This document shows positions 1 through 4,095 of a stretch of DNA of 4,095 bases, in pieces; within the stretch, counting starts at the first letter, position 1, and the number at the start of each line of letters is the position of its first letter. The stretch is from a virus (lineage: Duplodnaviria; Heunggongvirae; Uroviricota; Caudoviricetes), in IMG/VR virus record IMGVR_UViG_2671180294_000008; one strand, given 5' to 3'. Position numbers and translations under genes: made by a program. Under the pieces are notes generated by a model. That model was not told the DNA's origin. It searched no databases and saw nothing but the letters and a program-made list of their open reading frames with translations.

Positions 1-137
1 TAACAGGTGTCTGGAAATATAGGGGCAAATCCAGCGTTCATCAGCCCCCGCATTGCCGACAGGATCACAGACGGGGGGCGCAACTGGTTGTCGTTCAACT
101 GGCCCAGCTACCGTTCTTGTATCAGAGGTGTGGCTGC

Positions 138-1529
138 ATGACAACACCAGTCTGGCGTAATGATGACCTGGAAGGCGCTGTCATTGGCGCATTCTTTCTG
201 CGTGGGGCAGATCATGAAGTGATGGATATTCTGATCACACTACCGGCGGACATTTTTTCTGTACGAGCGTATCGGGATATCTACACAGGCATCTGCAGAC
301 AGGCCCGTGTTTCAGGAGTGATTGACCCCGTGCTGTTGTGTAATGAGATGCCGGAACTTGCCCCGGTGATTACTGATACCGGGCGTAAAACCTGGGTGAA
401 GTCTTCACTGGAGCACTATGTTGCAGCGTTGCGGCGCAATGCCGCACTGCGCGATGCAGAAAAAACACTGAATGAGGCGCTGCAGAAATTACGTGATGCG
501 CATACCTGTGAAGCAGCTGAAGATGCCCTGAAGGATGCGCAGAACATGATGGTCACACTGTCGACAGGAAAGGGCGTCATTCAGCCGGTACATATTGATG
601 ATGTGCTTCCGGAAGTGGTTGAGCGTGTTGAATGCCGGAATCAGGGGCTGGAGAAATCCAGGACGTTGATGACCGGTATTGATGAACTGGACGCAAAAAC
701 AGGCGGTATGGAGCCCGGAGACCTGGTATTCATTGCCGCCCGTCCTTCGATGGGGAAAACCGAACTTGCGCTGGACATCATCGACAAGGTGACTGAGCAG
801 GGGCATGGTGTGCTTCTGTTCACCATGGAGATGGCGAACATCCAGATTGGTGAACGTATGGTGTCTGCGGCTGGAGGGATGCCAGTATCACGCCTGAAAT
901 CTGTGGCTCACTTTGAAGATGAAGACTGGGCGCGTTTCTCACAAGGGGTGGGGCGGATGACCGGGCGCAATATCTGGATGGTGGACCAGGCGAACCTGAC
1001 CATTGATGAGATATGCGCAACAACGAAACACCATCTGATTAAACATCCGGAAACGGCGCTGGTGGTGGTTGATTATCTCGGGCTGATAAAAACCCGAACC
1101 ACGGGGCGTCATGACCTTGCCGTGGGTGAAATCTCAAAGGGGCTTAAAGGCCTGGCAAAATCCGGTGGTTTTCCGTTGATTGCGCTGAGCCAGCTCTCCC
1201 GCGGTGTGGAGTCCAGACCCAATAAACGTCCCATGAACTCAGACCTGAAAAATTCCGGAGAAATAGAGGCGGATGCAGACATCATTCTGATGCTTTACAG
1301 GGATGAAGTGTACAACCCGGATACACAGGCTACAGGCATAGCAGAAATTAATATCACGAAACAACGTAACGGTTCTCTGGGGACGATTTACCGGCGTTTT
1401 TATAACGGACATTTTCTGCCTGTGGACCAGGAAAGCGCACAGGTTCTTTCCACCCCAATGCGGCAGCCCCAGCCGCGCAGATACAGCAATACACGTACCG
1501 ACAGCAGTAAGATGGAGCGTTTCTTTTGA
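138..1529 (+). CDS. DnaB-family replicative DNA helicase, phage-encoded (lambda P position / P22 gp12-like)
   Basis: Long ORF in frame 3. Translation carries DnaB signatures: N-terminal LEGAVIGAFF (cf. DnaB LEAEQSVLG), Walker A AARPSMGKT (nt 735-761), Walker B-like LVVVDYLGL, the H3 block ALSQLSRGVESRPNKRPMNSDLKNSGEIEADADIILMLYRDEVY, and GIAEINITKQRNGSLGTI. ATG at 138 chosen over the track's TTG at 117 because it forms an ATGA overlap with a frame-1 stop; the frame stays open to the window edge so the true start is not certain. Stop TGA 1527-1529. Confidence 0.9.
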   Translation: MTTPVWRNDDLEGAVIGAFFLRGADHEVMDILITLPADIFSVRAYRDIYTGICRQARVSGVIDPVLLCNEMPELAPVITDTGRKTWVKSSLEHYVAALRRNAALRDAEKTLNEALQKLRDAHTCEAAEDALKDAQNMMVTLSTGKGVIQPVHIDDVLPEVVERVECRNQGLEKSRTLMTGIDELDAKTGGMEPGDLVFIAARPSMGKTELALDIIDKVTEQGHGVLLFTMEMANIQIGERMVSAAGGMPVSRLKSVAHFEDEDWARFSQGVGRMTGRNIWMVDQANLTIDEICATTKHHLIKHPETALVVVDYLGLIKTRTTGRHDLAVGEISKGLKGLAKSGGFPLIALSQLSRGVESRPNKRPMNSDLKNSGEIEADADIILMLYRDEVYNPDTQATGIAEINITKQRNGSLGTIYRRFYNGHFLPVDQESAQVLSTPMRQPQPRRYSNTRTDSSKMERFF

Positions 1530-1700
1530 ACAACCAGACAATGACTTTTACCTCTGAACAATTGCGTAAACACGCGCAGGAAATGTTGCGACAGGCGGAA
1601 CAACTGGAAAAAACAGGTGTAACAAAAGATGCCATTCGTCGGGATATGGTGCCAGCGCTCAGGGAACTGATGCAGGCGAAACATCGCGCACAAAAAGCGG
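1467..1700 (+). repeat. Diverged direct repeat, copy A (helicase 3' tail plus 5' part of small gene), truncated by the N-run
   Basis: Aligns by eye with 1866-2098 at roughly 85-90% nucleotide identity; the block around the helicase stop and small-gene start (about 1503-1552 vs 1901-1950) is identical in both copies. Confidence 0.85.
1526..1700 (+). CDS. Small helical (coiled-coil-like) hypothetical protein, paralog A; partial, 3' end lost in N-run
   Basis: ORF begins at TTG 1526 with GGAG (1514-1517) 8 nt upstream; alternative ATG at 1541. The 58 resolved codons are 54/58 identical in amino acid to paralog B. The track's fusion to 1927 is an artifact of translating N as X. Confidence 0.55.
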
Positions 1701-1865
1701 NNNNNNNNNNNNNNNNNNNNNNNNNNNNNNNNNNNNNNNNNNNNNNNNNNNNNNNNNNNNNNNNNNNNNNNNNNNNNNNNNNNNNNNNNNNNNNNNNNNN
1801 NNNNNNNNNNNNNNNNNNNNNNNNNNNNNNNNNNNNNNNNNNNNNNNNNNNNNNNNNNNNNNNNN
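1701..1865. other. Run of 165 N (unresolved or masked sequence; assembly/scaffold gap)
   Basis: Directly visible: 165 consecutive n characters. Content and true length unknown. Confidence 0.95.
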
Positions 1866-2098
1866 GCAATCCGCGCAGATACAGTAATAAACGAACTGAC
1901 AGCAGTAAGATGGAGCGTTTCTTTTGAACAACCAGACAATGACTTTTACCCCTGAACAATTGCGTAAACACGCGCAGGAAATGCTGCGTCATGCTGAACA
2001 ACTCGAAAAAACGGGCATAACAAAAGACGCTATCCGTAAAGATATGGTACCCGCGCTTCGGGAACTGATGCAGGCGAAGCATCGCGCACAGAAAGCAG
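1866..2098 (+). repeat. Diverged direct repeat, copy B (helicase-tail-like remnant plus 5' part of small gene)
   Basis: 1866-1927 encodes ..NPRRYSNKRTDSSKMERFF-stop, matching the helicase C-terminus ..QPRRYSNTRTDSSKMERFF-stop at 1470-1529; it is followed by the same small-gene start context as copy A. Confidence 0.85.
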
Positions 2099-2181
2099 TA
2101 GATGAGCTGGTGGACTGTGTGGCAGAGCTGGAAACCAGAGTCGGAAAGTTTGAAAAACTGGTGCAGGAGGTGCTGCGCTGA
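1924..2181 (+). CDS. Small helical (coiled-coil-like) hypothetical protein, paralog B (85 aa from TTG 1924; 80 aa if ATG 1939 is used)
   Basis: Complete ORF; GGAG at 1912-1915 lies 8 nt before TTG 1924; stop TGA 2179-2181 shares its A with the rusA ATG. Product is rich in E/K/Q/L/A with heptad-like spacing. Differences from paralog A are mostly synonymous (16 synonymous vs 4 non-synonymous codon differences in 58 codons), which supports real coding. No family recognised. Confidence 0.65.
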   Translation: MNNQTMTFTPEQLRKHAQEMLRHAEQLEKTGITKDAIRKDMVPALRELMQAKHRAQKAVDELVDCVAELETRVGKFEKLVQEVLR

Positions 2182-2552
2182 TGCGCCATGAGTTTATTTT
2201 ACCTTATCCGCCGACGGTGAATACTTACTGGCGACGTCGTGGCAGCACATATTTTGTATCAAAAGTTGGTGAGCGTTATCGCCGTGATGTGACGCTAATT
2301 GTTCGCCAGCAGCGGCTGAAATTAAACCTGTCCGGAAGGCTGGCGATAAAGATTATTGCAGAGCCACCGGATAAGCGCCGTCGTGACCTGGACAATATCC
2401 TGAAAGCACCACTGGATGCGCTGACGCATGCCGGACTACTCATAGACGACGAGCAGTTTGATGAAATCAATATTGTGCGCGGTCAGCTCGTTCCTGGTGG
2501 GCGACTGGGCGTGAAGATTTATGAAATCACAGGTGATAACGATGGCGCGTGA
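2181..2552 (+). CDS. rusA: RusA-family Holliday junction resolvase (crossover junction endodeoxyribonuclease)
   Basis: 123-aa product with RusA hallmarks: [15 protein letters not shown] (cf. E. coli RusA LPWPPSNNRYYRHNRG), [29 protein letters not shown] (acidic catalytic cluster, cf. [29 protein letters not shown]) and [16 protein letters not shown] at 2166-2170 sits 10 nt before ATG 2181. Position between the replication genes and Q is typical of lambdoid nin regions. Confidence 0.88.
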   Translation: MRHEFILPYPPTVNTYWRRRGSTYFVSKVGERYRRDVTLIVRQQRLKLNLSGRLAIKIIAEPPDKRRRDLDNILKAPLDALTHAGLLIDDEQFDEINIVRGQLVPGGRLGVKIYEITGDNDGA

Positions 2553-2928
2553 TATTCAGCAGGTTATGGAACGGTGGGGGGCTTGGGCTGCAAACACTCA
2601 TGAAGATGTATCCTGGGCGTCGATCGCTGCTGGTTTTAAAGGGTTAATTCCGTCGAAAGTGAAATCACGCCCTCAGTGTTCTGATGATGATGCAATGATA
2701 ATTTGTGGCTGTATGGCCCGGTTGAACAAGAAAAATCAGGATTTGCACGATTTGCTGGTGGATTATTACGTAGGTGGAATGACTTTTATGAGTCTGGCAC
2801 GGAAACATGGGTGTTCGGATACCTGTATTGGCAAGCGCCTGCAGAAAGCGGAAGGGGTTATTGATGGCATGTTGATGATGCTTGATATCCGGCTGGAGAT
2901 GGACAGATACGTAGAACGAATTATGTAG
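2542..2928 (+). CDS. Q-type late-gene antiterminator, compact about 128-aa Cys-rich family (resembles the short Q of E. coli cryptic prophages, e.g. QuuD-like)
   Basis: ORF ends 2928 immediately upstream of a promoter-like element, the canonical Q/pR' arrangement. Product [17 protein letters not shown]... contains C-x8-CGC and GCSDTC cysteine clusters (putative Zn site). ATG 2542 preferred over the track's 2521 because AGGTGA (2531-2536) lies 5 nt upstream; this gives an 11-nt overlap with the rusA stop. Family assignment is from memory of similar short prophage Q proteins, not a search. Confidence 0.72.
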   Translation: MARDIQQVMERWGAWAANTHEDVSWASIAAGFKGLIPSKVKSRPQCSDDDAMIICGCMARLNKKNQDLHDLLVDYYVGGMTFMSLARKHGCSDTCIGKRLQKAEGVIDGMLMMLDIRLEMDRYVERIM

Positions 2929-2932
2929 GTGC

Positions 2933-2962
2933 TTGACCAGACACATTGTCCGGGGCTATATT
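2933..2962 (+). promoter_or_regulatory. Sigma70-type promoter, candidate late promoter pR' (Q-utilisation region)
   Basis: -35 TTGACC (2933-2938), 18-nt spacer, -10 TATATT (2957-2962), starting 5 nt after the Q stop codon. Predicted TSS about 2969. Confidence 0.5.
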
Positions 2963-3023
2963 CCTCACGCGCCAGCAAAATCTGGCGTCGGGATTGGAAC
3001 CCCGGATAGAGACCGCGACAGAC

Positions 3024-3048
3024 ACACGCCGCGAGCGTGTTTTTTATT
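3024..3048 (+). terminator. Intrinsic terminator, candidate tR' (ends a roughly 75-80 nt pR' leader RNA)
   Basis: Stem ACACGC (3024-3029) / GCGTGT (3035-3040), 5-nt loop CGCGA, followed by TTTTTATT (3041-3048). Confidence 0.5.
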
Positions 3049-3173
3049 GTCGTATGCACGCGCACATCTGAATTATGGTGGGGCGCATGGGGGAGCTGAA
3101 AAGCTCGCCGGTCGGTTTCCCGGTAGTTCCAACCCTGTGCGTCTCACCACCCGATGATTGGAACCTGACGGTG

Positions 3174-3202
3174 TTGACAGTTTCAGGTTTGCAGTTTACA
3201 TT
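3174..3202 (+). promoter_or_regulatory. Sigma70-like promoter candidate upstream of the ORF6N gene
   Basis: Perfect -35 TTGACA (3174-3179), 17-nt spacer, -10 TACATT (3197-3202; 4/6 to consensus, with A2 and T6 conserved). Confidence 0.4.
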
Positions 3203-3237
3203 TCCCCGCGGTGCTCAAAACACCTCGAAAGCGGTAT

Positions 3238-3265
3238 CCACACCCGATAGCCATGTGGTTTTTTT
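3238..3265 (+). terminator. Weak hairpin plus T7 tract (possible attenuator or leader terminator)
   Basis: CCACA (3238-3242) / TGTGG (3254-3258) with an 11-nt loop, followed by TTTTTTT (3259-3265). Stem is short and the loop large, so terminator activity is uncertain. Confidence 0.3.
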
Positions 3266-3408
3266 GTGTCCAGAATTCTTGGTTTATGACCGGGTGTGCG
3301 GCTAATACAATACCAGCAATGGAAATACGCCCGCCGACTTTCGACGGTTTTGAGCGCCCGGTCACCCTCTCAAAAGGGGTAAATCAAAATATTCGAAAGG
3401 ACATGTCT

Positions 3409-3972
3409 ATGAATCGCACGTCTATTGAAAAACTCCCGTCACTTACGCATAACCATCTTCCTGTCATGACAACAGAGCTGCTGGCTGATTTGTACGGAAC
3501 AGAGCGCCAGCGTTTGACAAACAATTTCAATCGAAACAAAGAACGGTTTATAGAAGGTAAACATTTTTTCCTGATAGAAGGTGATGCGTTACGAGAGTTG
3601 AAGAACGAAAACTCTTTAAGAGTTTCTGTGAAAATTGCCCGTAACGTTCGCTCCCTCATCCTCTGGACAGAACGTGGCGCAGCCCGTCACGCCAAAATGC
3701 TCGAAACCGATCAGGCGTGGGAAGTGTTCGAAAAACTGGAAGACTGTTATTTCAACCAGAAACAGCCACCAGCGGCACAAAACACATCTATCGAAAATGA
3801 TGGATGCGCATTACTGAGCCACTTCGATAAACACGGTCAGGTTGAGTTCACGGAAAAGGTACCCGCCGATGCGATGGTATGTACTCTGGAACGGTTTAAA
3901 TTTTATCTGGAGCAACACGGGTGGATCGTTGCCCGTAAAGAGCAACTGGTGGAGCGGTTGATGCGGTTTTAA
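3409..3972 (+). CDS. ORF6N-domain (KilA-N-related, antirepressor-like) protein with uncharacterised C-terminal half; moron in the Q-to-lysis position
   Basis: ATG 3409 has AAGGA (3397-3401) 7 nt upstream; the track's start at 3211 and the in-frame ATG 3403 lack a usable SD. The N-terminal roughly 95 aa show the ORF6N pattern LADLYG..(x)..NFNRNKERFIEGKHFF.L.G..L..(x)..LWTERGA..AKML..D.AW. Stop TAA 3970-3972. Domain call is by eye. Confidence 0.68.
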   Translation: MNRTSIEKLPSLTHNHLPVMTTELLADLYGTERQRLTNNFNRNKERFIEGKHFFLIEGDALRELKNENSLRVSVKIARNVRSLILWTERGAARHAKMLETDQAWEVFEKLEDCYFNQKQPPAAQNTSIENDGCALLSHFDKHGQVEFTEKVPADAMVCTLERFKFYLEQHGWIVARKEQLVERLMRF

Positions 3973-4047
3973 AAATTTTTTCCGAAAACTTTACGATCGT
4001 AAAAAGTTGAATATCCTGTTAAGAGTGGTTACTACGCCACACAGCTT

Positions 4048-4073
4048 AAACCCGCCGATGAGCGGGTTTTTTT
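4048..4073 (+). terminator. Strong intrinsic (Rho-independent) terminator
   Basis: AAA-CCCGC (4048-4055) / GCGGG (4062-4066) GC stem with 6-nt loop CGATGA, followed by T7 (4067-4073); 76 nt downstream of the ORF6N stop. Confidence 0.75.
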
Positions 4074-4095
4074 ATACCTGAAAAACGGCACAGGA

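Noticed and set aside
489-1541. Minus-strand ORFs inside the helicase gene (489-806, 641-841, 820-1023, 1239-1541)
   Set aside because: They lie entirely antisense to a strongly supported DnaB-family CDS, have no SD or start context, and give low-complexity S/P/R-rich translations typical of shadow ORFs.
1354-2082. ORFs spanning the N-run (1354-2082, 1400-1939 and 1659-1931 on the minus strand; the 133-aa fusion 1526-1927 on the plus strand)
   Set aside because: Their continuity depends on translating 165 N as X. The plus-strand fusion merges the paralog A start with a helicase-tail-like remnant that belongs to a different reading context.
2521-2541. Earlier ATG (2521) as the Q start, and TTG 117 as the helicase start
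   Set aside because: ATG 2542 has a better SD (AGGTGA, 5-nt spacing) and a shorter overlap with rusA. TTG 117 has no SD, and ATG 138 gives an ATGA coupling overlap. Both remain possible and are lowered in confidence, not excluded.
2665-3065. Minus-strand ORFs 2665-2946 and 2766-3065 overlapping Q and pR'
   Set aside because: Antisense to the Q CDS with no start context; they would also run across the promoter/terminator cassette.
2933-3305. Plus-strand ORFs 2933-3157 (74 aa) and 3075-3305 (76 aa) in the Q-to-ORF6N intergenic region
   Set aside because: No credible SD, atypical composition (G/P/R-rich), and overlap with the promoter/terminator elements; more likely non-coding leader.
3046-3400. 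Possible tRNA gene(s) downstream of tR', as in Stx-type phages
   Set aside because: No canonical T-loop (GTTCRANYC) with a matching acceptor stem. The nearest candidate, GTTCCAACC at 3126-3134, breaks the consensus and lacks cloverleaf pairing partners. Degenerate remnants cannot be excluded without a covariance-model search.
3211-3408. N-terminal extension of the ORF6N gene (track ORF starting 3211) and the in-frame ATG at 3403
   Set aside because: The 3211 start has no SD and the extension would run through the hairpin/T7 region. ATG 3403 has only 1 nt between SD and start, whereas ATG 3409 has a well-spaced AAGGA.
3183-3659. Minus-strand ORFs 3183-3365 (60 aa, GTG start) and 3384-3659 (91 aa)
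   Set aside because: The first has GAGG directly abutting the GTG (no spacer) and lies in the leader; the second is antisense to the well-supported ORF6N CDS.
1-4095. CRISPR arrays, IS elements/transposases, integrase, att sites
   Set aside because: No spacer-repeat periodicity, no terminal inverted repeats flanking a transposase-like ORF, and no recombinase-like ORF in the window.

Overview
The window reads as a contiguous, + strand segment of a lambdoid (lambda/P22-like) prophage from an enterobacterial host, running from the replication module through the nin/antitermination region into the start of the late region. Gene order: DnaB-family replicative helicase (138-1529), a small helical protein present as two diverged tandem paralogs flanking a 165-nt run of N (1526-1700 partial, and 1924-2181), RusA Holliday-junction resolvase (2181-2552), a compact Cys-rich Q-type antiterminator (2542-2928), a pR'-like late promoter with an early hairpin and an intrinsic terminator (2933-3048), a roughly 360-bp non-coding leader with short repeats and a consensus -35 element, an ORF6N-domain (KilA-N-related) moron gene (3409-3972), and a strong intrinsic terminator (4048-4073). 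No rRNA, tRNA, CRISPR array or transposase is visible. All family assignments rest on motif recognition by eye, not on database searches. I do not see a clear-cut novel multi-gene system; the loci most worth follow-up are the moron unit with its structured leader and the diverged duplicated small gene around the N-run.
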